Origin: Fibrobacteria bacterium | Lineage (GTDB): Bacteria; Fibrobacterota; Chitinivibrionia; Chitinivibrionales; FEN-1185 | Direction: 5' to 3' | Length of the DNA: 64,000 nucleotides | NCBI GenBank assembly: GCA_037447435.1 | Contig: JBBIGR010000007.1 | Span: 92,701-156,700 of the forward strand | Shown: in pieces, positions 39,784 through 50,078 of the stretch | Layout: each line of letters begins with the position of its first letter | Position numbering within the stretch: position 1 is the stretch's first letter | The notes under the pieces: model-generated | Databases searched by the model: none | What the model was told of the DNA's origin: nothing | What the model saw: only the letters and a program-made list of their open reading frames with translations | Translations under genes and position numbers: made by a program

Positions 39784-40962
39784 TTGGCTATAAAAATTGT
39801 TGTAGGTCAGGTGGCCAGCGGAGAGGACTTCTTTAATCGAAAAGAAGAAATTAAAATCCTGTGGCAACGGATTTTATCCGGCAGCAATATTATCCTTGCT
39901 GCACCTCGAAGGGTGGGGAAGACTTCTCTTTTGTGCCATTTGAGGGACAACCCAATAAGTGATTTTCATGTTATTTATATGATTACGGAATCGGTGAATG
40001 ATGAAAATGAATATTATAAGAAAATGTACAAACAAGTGATCTCCGAATTGAAAAACTTTAAAAAATTTTCCAAATATTTAAAGCATTGCACGCAAGAAAC
40101 ATTAGGCCGCATAGAAAAAATATCCATATCGGAAGTTAACGTTCAATTAAGCAAAACCGACCTTAATTATTACGATGAATTTGTTTCACTAATCAAAACG
40201 CTCGATTGCGACAATGAAAGAATTCTTCTGATTGTCGACGAATTTGCCCAAACATTATTAAATATTTCAGGTGATCAAGATGAATCCGCTGCAGTTCACT
40301 TTTTGGAAAGCAACCGGACACTACGACAAATGCCCGAAATCCATAATAAAATCCAATTCGTTTATGCGGGGTCAATCGGACTTGAAAATATCGTGAGTAA
40401 AATGAATGCAATACAAACCATCAATGATTTAAATCATATGCCGATCGGGCCCTTTAGTCACGAACATGCTGGTGAATTGATAAAGGCATTGGCAATGAGG
40501 CCCGGTTTGGTAATTTTGCAGGAACAGATTGAATATATCCTGAAAAAAATCGAATGGCTTATTCCGTATTACATTCAACTCATTGTTCAAGAACTTGACA
40601 CTATGACGATTGACGCAAAAGGGCAAAAAAATATTACCGATGAAATGATTGACTCGTCGTTTAAGCGAATTATTGACTATAGAAATTATTTCGAAAATTG
40701 GCATACCAGATTGAGGGCCGCATATAAAAAGGAGGAGTATAATTTTGCAAAGGAAGTATTAAATAAAATTTCCGAATTAGGATCCATGAAATCCAATGAA
40801 ATATACGATTGTGCAATAAAGCATTCGATGGAAGACGAATTTAAGGATATTGTCAATGCATTGAAACACGATGGTTATATAAATAACAGTCAGACCCCAC
40901 AAATATATCGGTTCAATTCACCCATACTCAAAGCGTGGTGGTATTCGAATGTCGCAAACTAA
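39784..40962 (+). CDS. P-loop ATPase (archaeal-ATPase/STAND-like) with C-terminal winged helix
   Basis: FFNR, APRRVGKTS Walker A, LLIVDEF Walker B, PYYIQ, YRF.SPILK.WW; TTG start after AGGGAGG. Confidence 0.85.
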   Translation: MAIKIVVGQVASGEDFFNRKEEIKILWQRILSGSNIILAAPRRVGKTSLLCHLRDNPISDFHVIYMITESVNDENEYYKKMYKQVISELKNFKKFSKYLKHCTQETLGRIEKISISEVNVQLSKTDLNYYDEFVSLIKTLDCDNERILLIVDEFAQTLLNISGDQDESAAVHFLESNRTLRQMPEIHNKIQFVYAGSIGLENIVSKMNAIQTINDLNHMPIGPFSHEHAGELIKALAMRPGLVILQEQIEYILKKIEWLIPYYIQLIVQELDTMTIDAKGQKNITDEMIDSSFKRIIDYRNYFENWHTRLRAAYKKEEYNFAKEVLNKISELGSMKSNEIYDCAIKHSMEDEFKDIVNALKHDGYINNSQTPQIYRFNSPILKAWWYSNVAN

Positions 40963-43357
40963 TCTCATCGCTCACACATACAATCCGCATAATCAAACGC
41001 AACAGGAATTGATAGACGGTTTTGTCGTACGTAAAAAAGAGTTCGAAGCGTTATATAACGACATTAAAACCGACCCCATGAAACACCCGCCGCAGCATGT
41101 GATTATTCAGGGACGACGCGGCATCGGCAAAACCACATTCCTATTGCGGTTATACTATGAAGTTAGGCAAGATGTTAATGTAAATAAATGGCTTGTGCCT
41201 CTCATTTTCAACGAGGAACAATACAATGTCAGAACGTTGTATAAACTTTGGGAAAACATCGCAATAGAATTGGAAAATGACCAAGAAGAATTTCTAAACT
41301 TGCCGGACGAAATGCAGGCAAAAATCGAAGCGATAAATTATGATGATCTGTGTTTTGAAATTCTTATGAAATCGTTAAAAAAAAACAAAAAGAAACTGCT
41401 TTTGTTGATAGACAATTTTGGAGAAATGCTTCACAAATTCAATGAAAAGGAACAGCATCGTTTTCGTGAAATCCTTATGACGAGCCCGGACATTAAAATT
41501 ATAGGAGCATCATCCGTCGCACTTGAATCGACTTACGATTATTCAAAGCCGTTTTTTGAATTCTTTAAAATCATCGAACTTTCCGGATTGAATAAAGAAG
41601 AAACAATCACCTTGCTGCTTGCACTCGGCGAGCACTATCATAAACAGGAAATAAAAACAATAGTTGAGGAAAACCCAGGAAAAATAGAAGCGTTGCGAAG
41701 GTTGACCGACGGTATTCCACGGACCATGATATTGCTTTTTGAAATTTTCATCGATGATGCGGCAGGTGATTCATTCAAAGATCTTGAAATGGTTCTGGAT
41801 AGGGTGACGCCGTTGTATAAACATCGAATGGACGAACTCTCGCCGCAACATCAGGAGCTTGTCGATATTATTGCCCTGCAATGGGACGCTGTAGCAGTAA
41901 AGGAAATTGCCGCTAAAGCGCGTATGGAAAGCAAGGCGGTATCCGCGCAATTGCGAATGCTCGAAAAAAATAAAATCATCATTAAAAAAGAAACTTCTAC
42001 AAAAAATCATTTGTATCAAATAAGTGAACGGTTTTTCAATATTTGGTATTTGATGCGATATGGAAGAAAAAAGGAAAAAAACCAAGTCCGATGGCTTACG
42101 AGATTTTTGGAAGAATGGTGCAACAGGGAAGAGTTGGTTGAACGGGCGCATAGTCACATGAAAGCCTTGCGAACAAATACAGTATACGAAAATTGTGCTT
42201 ATTACATGACTGAGGCACTTGCGAAAACCGACCTTCCTTATGACGTTCAAGATTCACTTGTGAAGGAAACAAGAAAATATTTAAGGGAAAAAGGAAGTCG
42301 TTTGACCAAAGACTTAAGTGAGTCGGATAGGGAATTGTCAGAAATTGCAAAACAGTGTTTTGATGAAAAAAAATATGATATGACTATTAAAAAGCTAATG
42401 TCAATCCGAACTGTAAATAAAAGTGAAGAATATAATATAGCTTTGTGCCATGATAAGTTAAACAATTATTCACAAGCTGAAAAATATTATAAAATAGCAA
42501 TTAAGAGTGGTCATATTGGAGCAATGAATAATCTCGGAATGCTCTATGAAAAGCATAATGAGTTCGTCAAAGCTGAAGAGAATTATAAAATGGCATGTGA
42601 AAATGGAAATCCAGTGGCTTTGAATAATCTTGCAATTTTTTATGAAAATAAAAAAAAGGATTATATCCAAGCAGAAAAATATTATAAAATATCATCCGAA
42701 AAAGGATATAGTAGCGCGATGTTTAACCTTGCATTATTATATCAAAACTATAAAAAGGATTTAATTAAGGCTGAATATTATTATAAATTGGCTATCGAAA
42801 AAGGGCATGCTGGTGCAATGAATAATCTCGCTATTTTTTATGAAGAACAGAAAAAGGATTGGGTCCAAACTGAATTGTATTTTAAAATGGCATGCGAAAA
42901 TGGCAACAAGTTATCCTTTAGGAATTTAGCGTGGTCATATTTCTTACATGGTGTAAAAAAGGAAATAGCACTTGATTATGTAAAAAAAGCCGTGGAACAA
43001 AATGATGATATAAAAACAAAACTCACCTATGCAATAATTCTTATTTGGAATAATTTAGTTGAAAGTGCTACTGCTATCGCAAAACCAATTTTTGAGGATG
43101 GGGAAATATATAAATTCGAATTGTTAACAAAAACATATTTAATGTTAATTTTGGCAAAAAAGCAATACAGCTTTGCGCATAAACTTTTCACCGAAAGTAA
43201 AATTGAGCTGCGCGAAAGGCTTAAACCAATTTACTATGCACTTATGTATTTCATGAAAAACGAATATCCCGATGAAATGAAGAAAATGGGAAGCGAACTT
43301 GAACAAACCGTTATGGAGATTGTGGAAGAAATAAAGGAAATGGCAAAGACAATGTGA
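40949..43357 (+). CDS. STAND-like ATPase with winged helix and SEL1/TPR repeats
   Basis: YNP, GRRGIGKTT, LLIDNF, GIPR, ERFFNIWYLMR, five AE.YYK.A...G...AM.NL repeats. Confidence 0.85.
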   Translation: MSQTNLIAHTYNPHNQTQQELIDGFVVRKKEFEALYNDIKTDPMKHPPQHVIIQGRRGIGKTTFLLRLYYEVRQDVNVNKWLVPLIFNEEQYNVRTLYKLWENIAIELENDQEEFLNLPDEMQAKIEAINYDDLCFEILMKSLKKNKKKLLLLIDNFGEMLHKFNEKEQHRFREILMTSPDIKIIGASSVALESTYDYSKPFFEFFKIIELSGLNKEETITLLLALGEHYHKQEIKTIVEENPGKIEALRRLTDGIPRTMILLFEIFIDDAAGDSFKDLEMVLDRVTPLYKHRMDELSPQHQELVDIIALQWDAVAVKEIAAKARMESKAVSAQLRMLEKNKIIIKKETSTKNHLYQISERFFNIWYLMRYGRKKEKNQVRWLTRFLEEWCNREELVERAHSHMKALRTNTVYENCAYYMTEALAKTDLPYDVQDSLVKETRKYLREKGSRLTKDLSESDRELSEIAKQCFDEKKYDMTIKKLMSIRTVNKSEEYNIALCHDKLNNYSQAEKYYKIAIKSGHIGAMNNLGMLYEKHNEFVKAEENYKMACENGNPVALNNLAIFYENKKKDYIQAEKYYKISSEKGYSSAMFNLALLYQNYKKDLIKAEYYYKLAIEKGHAGAMNNLAIFYEEQKKDWVQTELYFKMACENGNKLSFRNLAWSYFLHGVKKEIALDYVKKAVEQNDDIKTKLTYAIILIWNNLVESATAIAKPIFEDGEIYKFELLTKTYLMLILAKKQYSFAHKLFTESKIELRERLKPIYYALMYFMKNEYPDEMKKMGSELEQTVMEIVEEIKEMAKTM

Positions 43358-43367
43358 CGGGTGCAAT

Positions 43368-43399
43368 AAAAAAAGGGTGCGCAAGAACGCCCCCTTTTT
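43368..43399. terminator. Bidirectional terminator
   Basis: A-run GGGTGCG...CGCCCCC T-run between convergent genes. Confidence 0.6.
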
Positions 43400-43422
43400 C
43401 GAGATACTAAAAACGGAACCGT

Positions 43423-45000
43423 TTACTTTGCGTATTCCGTAAAGCGGCTTTCGCGGATGATGGTCACTTTGATCTGGCCGGGATATTCCATTTCATCCTG
43501 AATGCGCTGGGCGATTTGCCGTGCGAGTTCTTCGGATTGCGCGTCGGATATCTGGTCGGGTTCAACGATGCACCGGATTTCGCGACCGGCCTGGATCACA
43601 TAGGTTTTCGAAACGCCGCGGAACGAGTCCGCGATTTCCTCAAGCTTGGTGAGCCGGTTGACATAATTTGTCAATGTCTCGCGGCGGACTCCCGGGCGCG
43701 TGCTGGAAATCGTGTCGGCAGCCTGGATAAGAATCGGGTAAACCGATATCGGCGCGACGTCTTCATGATGCGCCGCAATGGCATTGCAGACGATGTCGTT
43801 CTCACCGTTTTTGGAAGCAAGGTCGGCGCCGAGCTGCGAATGCGTGCCCTCGGTTTCGCGGTCGATCGCTTTTCCGATATCGTGAAGCAATCCGGCGCGA
43901 ATCGCAAGTTTGGGATCGAGTCCCAGTTCGCTTGCCATGAGCCCTGAAAGCATGGCCACTTCTTTACAATGCTGAAGCACGTTTTGGCCGTACGACGTAC
44001 GGTATTTGAGCCTGCCGATGAGTTCGACGATTTTAGGCTTAAGACCGTGCACGTCGAGTTCGAAAATCACTTCTTCGGCAGCTTCCTTCATTTTCTTTTC
44101 AAGTTCTTTTTCGCTTTTCTTGATGACTTCTTCGATGCGGCCCGGATGGATACGGCCGTCCACGATAAGCTTTTCGAGCGACATGCGCGCTATTTCGCGC
44201 TTAATGGGGTCAAATCCCGAAAGAATGACCGCTTCCGGCGTGTCGTCGACGATAACGTCGATGCCGGTTGCTTCTTCGAAAGAACGGATATTGCGTCCTT
44301 CACGACCGATAATCCGGCCTTTCATTTCGTCGTTGGGCAAATGCACGACAGACACGGTAGATTCGACGGTCGCGTCTGCGGCGCACCGTTGAATCGCCTG
44401 GACAACGATTTCTTTCGCCTCGTTTTCGGCTTCCGATTTTGCGGTATCTTTGATTTCCTTGATCATTTGCGCGGCCTCGTAACGAACCTGGCCTTCGAGG
44501 TTTGTCATGAGGATTTTTTTAGCTTCTTCCTGAGTCATATGAGAGATTTTTTCAAGCTTTTCATTTTCCATAGCAACGAGTTTCGTCAATTCATTGTCTT
44601 TGTTGCGAAGCGTTTTTTCCTTTGAATTGAGAAAACTTTCCCGCGCTTCGAATTCCTGTTCGCGTTTGCCGATGACATCGTCGCGGCGCTTGAGATCGAG
44701 TTCCATTTCCTTGAGCTTTTGCTGCTCGCCGCGAATCGCTTCGCGTGTTTTTGCAGCTTCTTTTTCAAATTCGGTTTTTGCTTTAAACCATTCGTCTTTA
44801 GCTTCCAACAGTGCGGTTTTTTTGGAAAGTTCCGCTTCTTTTTGCGCCTCGCGCAGTAAACGTTCCGCTTCGTCGCGGCCTTCGGCAATAACCCGTTCCT
44901 TATACTTTTTGTCTGCAATGGTACGCCACATATAGCCAAGCACGAAGGCTGCGGCGCTGCAGACAACACAACCAATTACCAAAATCAATTGCAATGTCAT
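43423..45000 (-). CDS. rny: Ribonuclease Y
   Basis: N-terminal TM and coiled coil, KH domain KGRIIGREGRNIR, HD domain LLHDIGK; ATG after GGAGG. Confidence 0.97.
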   Translation of the reverse strand: MTLQLILVIGCVVCSAAAFVLGYMWRTIADKKYKERVIAEGRDEAERLLREAQKEAELSKKTALLEAKDEWFKAKTEFEKEAAKTREAIRGEQQKLKEMELDLKRRDDVIGKREQEFEARESFLNSKEKTLRNKDNELTKLVAMENEKLEKISHMTQEEAKKILMTNLEGQVRYEAAQMIKEIKDTAKSEAENEAKEIVVQAIQRCAADATVESTVSVVHLPNDEMKGRIIGREGRNIRSFEEATGIDVIVDDTPEAVILSGFDPIKREIARMSLEKLIVDGRIHPGRIEEVIKKSEKELEKKMKEAAEEVIFELDVHGLKPKIVELIGRLKYRTSYGQNVLQHCKEVAMLSGLMASELGLDPKLAIRAGLLHDIGKAIDRETEGTHSQLGADLASKNGENDIVCNAIAAHHEDVAPISVYPILIQAADTISSTRPGVRRETLTNYVNRLTKLEEIADSFRGVSKTYVIQAGREIRCIVEPDQISDAQSEELARQIAQRIQDEMEYPGQIKVTIIRESRFTEYAK

Positions 45001-45142
45001 GAATTCCTCCTGATAAACAAAAAATATCGCCAATATTCAACGGACAAAAAGAAACTATAGAAAAATAAAATCATGCATGAGGGATGAAGCTCATCGACAG
45101 ACAATACGAGCGAGGCGAGGACGTAGGCGGAAAATGCATCTA

Positions 45143-45448
45143 TTACAAAACAAGCACCTTCTCATCGATTTTCTTGTTCAAAACTCCCAGTTTTTCCTGC
45201 ATTTCATTGAGTTTCTTTTCGTATGCTTCGCATTTGCTTTTGTAATCGATGAGCTCCCCCGCGATATTCATTGCGGTGAGAACGGCTATTTTAATTCTTT
45301 CCCGTGATGGAACTCCTGCCTGCATTTCTTCCATCTTGATGTTGACGTATTCTGCAACCTTTTTCGTGATATCGCTATCGACATCACCTTTGATTGAATA
45401 TTCGTCGCCAAGTATAAACACTCGCGTACTGTCTGCTTTTGGGCTCAT
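45143..45448 (-). CDS. zapA: Cell division protein ZapA
   Basis: V.ILG.EY.I, VAEYV..KM, AVLTAMNIA.E; pheT-zapB-zapA-rny synteny. Confidence 0.9.
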   Translation of the reverse strand: MSPKADSTRVFILGDEYSIKGDVDSDITKKVAEYVNIKMEEMQAGVPSRERIKIAVLTAMNIAGELIDYKSKCEAYEKKLNEMQEKLGVLNKKIDEKVLVL

Positions 45449-45499
45449 GCGACCCCCATATTACCTGCTCGGCTTCATTGTTGCCGCTAACAACAACGT

Positions 45500-45763
45500 T
45501 TACGCCGCTGATTCAAGTTTAGAAAGCATTCCCTGAATCTTTTCGATTGCGCTATCAAGTTTTGTCTGCTTGTCGTTTACTTCATTCTTCGATGATTCCA
45601 AATCACTTGTCAGAGACTGATTTGCAGTTTCAAGGTCCTGGATTTTCTGTTTGGTTTCGGCCAATTCCTGTGAAAGCTTGGAATTTTCTTCTTTGAGCGA
45701 TTTAACGGATAATAAAACTGTATCGATTTTTGTTTCAAGTTCTGATAATAATTCGACAGCCAA
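45500..45763 (-). CDS. zapB: ZapB-like coiled-coil protein
   Basis: ELL..LE.KI...L.....LKEEN coiled coil directly upstream of zapA. Confidence 0.75.
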   Translation of the reverse strand: MAVELLSELETKIDTVLLSVKSLKEENSKLSQELAETKQKIQDLETANQSLTSDLESSKNEVNDKQTKLDSAIEKIQGMLSKLESAA

Positions 45764-45930
45764 GGCAAACTCCCTTTCTTATATATGTACGGATATAAAC
45801 AGTTTAAATGTATGTAAAAAACGAACCGAATTTTCCGGTAACAATCTGCACGATAATGCAAAAGACAAGGACATTACTAATTAACAGATCATTATATCAT
45901 AAAAGCAAATGCTTGGCAAATAATTTTATA

Positions 45931-48318
45931 TTACGTGCGAAGCGTTGCCTGGAATTTCTTTTTCATCGTTTCAATGATTTGCGCACAAACGTCTTCCGCT
46001 TCTTTGTCGGTAAGTGTTTTGTCCTTCGAACGCATGCGCACGGAAAAGGCTATGCTTTTAAGGCCTTTACCGAGTTTTTCGCCGCGATATACGTCGAAGG
46101 GGACGACCTCTTCGACAAGGCCGGACAACGCGGCAAATTCGGCACCTAAAAGAGACGACGCAATACTATCCGACAATACGAAACAGAAGTCGCGTTCGAG
46201 AGCCGGATATTTCGGCAACGGCGAATACAGCGGCATTACCGGGTTTTGACCGATGAATTCGGTGATGTCGAGTTCGGCATAAAACACCGGTTCCTTAATA
46301 TCGAAAGCAAGACATACATCGGGTTTCACTTTGCCCATGCGGCCGGACACCGATGTTGCACTGAGCAAACACGCCTGTTCTAAAACGGCGTCGCCGTTTG
46401 GCGGCGTATAGGAAAACGATTGCAACCCGATATCGGAAGAAAGTTTTTCCAGTATGCCTTTGAGCACAAAAAAATCGCTTTTCGTCGCCTGGGTATTGTT
46501 CCATGCGTTTGCAAAGAACCTGCCGCACAAAACGATGGCGAGCATGTCGCGTTCGCGCGGTAAGGCCGAAGCGGTTTGGGCCGAAAATACCCTGCCTATT
46601 TCGAAGTAATTATTGTCGAGATTTTTACGGTTGATATTGTGCGCGCAGTTTTCAAGGCACGACGACAGCATCGACGTACGCATTTGCGCCATGTCCGGAC
46701 TCAGCGGGTTCAAAAGCGGCACCGGCAAAGCGTCGGGCGCAACCAGCTTGTTCTTTTTCTCTGATGTTAAACTGTTGGAAACCGTTTCGCTCATTCCTAA
46801 AAACGCCAGCGACCCGCGAATGGCGTCAACACGGTTTTCCACGACGGACGGCAGGGCGTTTAAGCTCACCTTCGCATATTCGGCCGAAGGAATGTTGTCG
46901 TAACCGTAAAACCTGCCGATTTCCTCAATGAGGTCCGCCTCGCAAAAAATGTCGTGACGATAGGCTGGGGCGGTGCACGAAAGCGAATCGGGACCGGTTG
47001 CGACGTTTGCGATTTGCAAACGCGTGAGCGTGTCCTTGATGTCGGTCTGGGCGATTGCGACGCCCAGTAAACGGTTCACGCGCGACGGTCGCAAAACAAT
47101 TTCTTGTTTGGCAAGAGGCGCCGGATATTGGTCTATGATGCCCGGTACGATAGTGCCGCCGGCCACCCGGCGTAACAGCTCCGCAGCCGTGTCGAGCGCC
47201 CATAAGAGCGCGTCGGTCGAATCGACGCCGCGTTCAAAACGGTACGACGATTCGGTCGAAAGCCCGAGACGTTTTGCAGTTTTGCGGATTTGGCCCGGAT
47301 TGAAATACGCGCATTCGAGGAACACGTCGGTGGTGGCATCCGAAATTTCGGATCCCGCGCCGCCCATGATTCCCGCAAGCGCAACAGGACCGTTCCCGTC
47401 GCAAATGAAAAGATCGTCGCCCACGATGCTGCGTTTTACTTGGTCAAGCGTAACGAAATCGCGGGAAACGCCGCTTTTTTTGACGATGATTTTTTTATGG
47501 CCAATGCAATTGTAATCGAAGGCGTGCATGGGCTGGCCGTACTGCAACATCATATAGTTCGTAATATCGACGACGTTGTTGATGGGCCTGACTCCGGCGT
47601 CTTGCAGGCGTTGCGCCATCCATTGCGGCGACGGCTGAATCCGCACATTCCGAACGAGCCTCCCGCCGTAACGCGGACAAAGTTCCGGAGAATCGATGGC
47701 AACGGAAATATATTCCGAAACGGGATTTCCGGACGATTCCTGCGGAGCAAGTGCCGCGTTTTTAAGCGGCTTTTTCAGTTTCGCCGATACTTCGCGCGCA
47801 ATGCCCAATACGCTTTGGCAATCGCCGCGGTTCGGCGTCAGTTCCACTTCGATGACGCAATCGCTTGGGAAATATGTGGAAACCTCGGCGCCGATTTTCA
47901 TGGTGTCGGGGAGTGCAAGCAATCCCGCGTGATTGTCGGATAGGCCGAGTTCCTTTTCGGAACAAAGCATACCGAACGATTCGACGCCGCGAAGTTTCGC
48001 TTTTGTAATAGTAAATGATTCGTCGAATTTGGTCCCGATCGTTGCGAGCGGGGCGATCATTCCCGCACTGACATTTGGCGCACCGCACACAATGGTAAGC
48101 GGCGCCGCCTCACCGGCATCGACCATGCAGACATGGAGCTTATCGGCATTGGGATGCTTGGCGACCTCAAGGATTTTGGCGACCTTAATTCCTTGAGGAA
48201 TATGACGTTTCTTTATTGATGCGACTTCCAGCCCAAGGGACGTGAGAAGCGGTTCGATGTCCTCTGCCGGGATATCGACATCGACAAAATCTTTGAGCCA
48301 GGATAAAGAAAATTTCAT
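45931..48318 (-). CDS. pheT: Phenylalanine-tRNA ligase beta subunit
   Basis: HPNADKL, CGAPN, TPNRGD, DL.EEI.R.YGY, FDVY.G, RSKDKTL. Confidence 0.98.
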   Translation of the reverse strand: MKFSLSWLKDFVDVDIPAEDIEPLLTSLGLEVASIKKRHIPQGIKVAKILEVAKHPNADKLHVCMVDAGEAAPLTIVCGAPNVSAGMIAPLATIGTKFDESFTITKAKLRGVESFGMLCSEKELGLSDNHAGLLALPDTMKIGAEVSTYFPSDCVIEVELTPNRGDCQSVLGIAREVSAKLKKPLKNAALAPQESSGNPVSEYISVAIDSPELCPRYGGRLVRNVRIQPSPQWMAQRLQDAGVRPINNVVDITNYMMLQYGQPMHAFDYNCIGHKKIIVKKSGVSRDFVTLDQVKRSIVGDDLFICDGNGPVALAGIMGGAGSEISDATTDVFLECAYFNPGQIRKTAKRLGLSTESSYRFERGVDSTDALLWALDTAAELLRRVAGGTIVPGIIDQYPAPLAKQEIVLRPSRVNRLLGVAIAQTDIKDTLTRLQIANVATGPDSLSCTAPAYRHDIFCEADLIEEIGRFYGYDNIPSAEYAKVSLNALPSVVENRVDAIRGSLAFLGMSETVSNSLTSEKKNKLVAPDALPVPLLNPLSPDMAQMRTSMLSSCLENCAHNINRKNLDNNYFEIGRVFSAQTASALPRERDMLAIVLCGRFFANAWNNTQATKSDFFVLKGILEKLSSDIGLQSFSYTPPNGDAVLEQACLLSATSVSGRMGKVKPDVCLAFDIKEPVFYAELDITEFIGQNPVMPLYSPLPKYPALERDFCFVLSDSIASSLLGAEFAALSGLVEEVVPFDVYRGEKLGKGLKSIAFSVRMRSKDKTLTDKEAEDVCAQIIETMKKKFQATLRT

Positions 48319-48332
48319 AGATTACAATTCGA

Positions 48333-49367
48333 TCAAAATTGTTTCAGGAACCGGACATCGTTTTCGAAAAAAGTCCGGATATCATCGATACCGTATTTTA
48401 AAAGTGCGATGCGTTCTATGCCCATGCCGAACGCAAAGCCCGTGTATTTTTCATTGTCTATGCCGCAATTGGCAAGCACATTGGGATGCACCATACCGGC
48501 GCCCAATATTTCGAGCCAACCGCTTTGTTTGCACAAATAACAGCCTTTTCCTTTACACAGGAAACAGGCAACGTCGACTTCGACGCTGGGTTCGGTAAAT
48601 GGAAAAAAGCTCGGTCTGATTTTAATTTTCGTTTTTTCGTCGAAAAAACGTTTGGCAAACGATAACAGCGTGCCTTTAAGGTCGGCGAAGCTCACCTGCT
48701 CGTCGACATACAGGCCTTCAACCTGATGAAACAGGCAATAACTGCGCGCGCTGACTTCTTCATTTCTGTAAACGCGCCCCGGCATGATGCAGCGAATGGG
48801 CGGTTTGCGGTCGAGCATGACGCGCACCTGGACCGGCGAGGTATGCGTGCGGAGCAGTACCTGTTCGGGCGTCACGTAAAACGTGTCTTGCATATCGCGG
48901 GCCGGATGATTGTCCTGAAAGTTAAGCATGCTGAAATTGTACGTGTCGCGTTCAACTTCGGGGCCGTAGGCGATATCGAAGCCCATGGAGAAAAAAATGT
49001 CGCGTATGCGGTTTCGTATCTGCATGAGCGGGTGCAGGCTGCCTTTGGGGAACGGAAATCCCGGGAGAGTCGGGTCGAACCCGGCGTCCTGGGCGTTTGC
49101 CGCCGCGACAAGCCACGGCGCAGCCTTGAATTTTTCCTCGATGTTTTTGAACAGCGAGTTGATTTTAGCGCCAATGACCCTCTTGTCGTCGGGCGAGAGA
49201 TCTTTGACGCCTTTGACAAGCGATGCGATGGATCCTTTTTTTCCGAGATACTTGAGCCGAAACGCCTCGGCCTCGGCGTCCCCCGCAATTGCCGCGAGGG
49301 ACGCAAGCGCGTCTTTTTCAACGGACTCAAGATACTCGATGCTTAATACGTTGCTTTCGGATGTCAT
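48333..49367 (-). CDS. pheS: Phenylalanine-tRNA ligase alpha subunit
   Basis: [43 protein letters not shown]. Confidence 0.98.
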   Translation of the reverse strand: MTSESNVLSIEYLESVEKDALASLAAIAGDAEAEAFRLKYLGKKGSIASLVKGVKDLSPDDKRVIGAKINSLFKNIEEKFKAAPWLVAAANAQDAGFDPTLPGFPFPKGSLHPLMQIRNRIRDIFFSMGFDIAYGPEVERDTYNFSMLNFQDNHPARDMQDTFYVTPEQVLLRTHTSPVQVRVMLDRKPPIRCIMPGRVYRNEEVSARSYCLFHQVEGLYVDEQVSFADLKGTLLSFAKRFFDEKTKIKIRPSFFPFTEPSVEVDVACFLCKGKGCYLCKQSGWLEILGAGMVHPNVLANCGIDNEKYTGFAFGMGIERIALLKYGIDDIRTFFENDVRFLKQF

Positions 49368-49375
49368 GGAAACTC

Positions 49376-49723
49376 TTATGCCTTTACCGTTTCGACCAAT
49401 TTCTTGAACGATTCGGGTTCGTGCAATGCGAGTTGGGCAAGAACTTTCCTGTCGAGTTCGATTGCCTTTGCCTTTAATCCGGCAATGAGCTTACCGTAGG
49501 TCATGCCATTTAAACGGGCGGCGGCATTGATACGGGTGATCCAGAGCGAACGGAAATCGCGTTTTTTTGCTTTTCTGTCGCGATACTGGTACTTACCGGC
49601 TTTCCAGTAAGCATCGTGTGCGGTCCGGATACAACTTTTTCTTTTTCCAAAATAACCGGCATTGGCTTTAAGAATCTTTTTTCTGCGGGCGCGGGACGCT
49701 ACCCTGGATTTTGCGCGTGGCAT
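49376..49723 (-). CDS. rplT: 50S ribosomal protein L20
   Basis: [36 protein letters not shown]. Confidence 0.98.
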   Translation of the reverse strand: MPRAKSRVASRARRKKILKANAGYFGKRKSCIRTAHDAYWKAGKYQYRDRKAKKRDFRSLWITRINAAARLNGMTYGKLIAGLKAKAIELDRKVLAQLALHEPESFKKLVETVKA

Positions 49724-49813
49724 TGAATGCTCCTTTATAAACAGTAATTATTGTCTCGTAAAAACGGCCCCGAAACGTCGACGGGCTTCTTTACATGTAA
49801 TCTTCTATCTTTT

Positions 49814-49862
49814 AATCTTCAATCTTCAATCTTCAATCTTCAATTTTGAATTTTGAATTTTG
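49814..49862. repeat. Tandem heptamer array (AATCTTC)4(AATTTTG)3
   Basis: Read directly in the rpmI-rplT spacer. Confidence 0.9.
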
Positions 49863-49865
49863 AAT

Positions 49866-50063
49866 TTAAATTCCGCTCATCATCATTTTGAGCTTTTTGC
49901 CCTGCACCGGGTTTACAATAGCCTTGCGTCCCAGACGGCGGCGACGTTTCGCGTTTTTGCCCGTAAGAAGGTGGCGAAGGTTCATTTTTTTCCGTTTTAC
50001 TTTTCCGCTGGGGGTGACGCGGAAGCGTTTCTTGACCGTGCTGCGTGTCTTCATTTTTGGCAT
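49866..50063 (-). CDS. rpmI: 50S ribosomal protein L35
   Basis: MPKMKT...KRF.VT.SGK, RHLL..K..KR.R.L. Confidence 0.97.
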   Translation of the reverse strand: MPKMKTRSTVKKRFRVTPSGKVKRKKMNLRHLLTGKNAKRRRRLGRKAIVNPVQGKKLKMMMSGI

Positions 50064-50078
50064 GATATATCCTCTTTT

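Noticed and set aside
42440..42930. DGR-like or mobile repeats within the SEL1 gene
   Set aside because: Similarity is explained by protein repeat duplication; no reverse transcriptase in the window.
45001..45142. 6S RNA between zapA and rny
   Set aside because: The position fits, but the spacer is only ~140 nt and pyrimidine-skewed, with no long rod-like pairing visible.
49799..49869. CRISPR array
   Set aside because: Spacer-less 7-nt tandem units and no cas genes; no CRISPR seen in the window.
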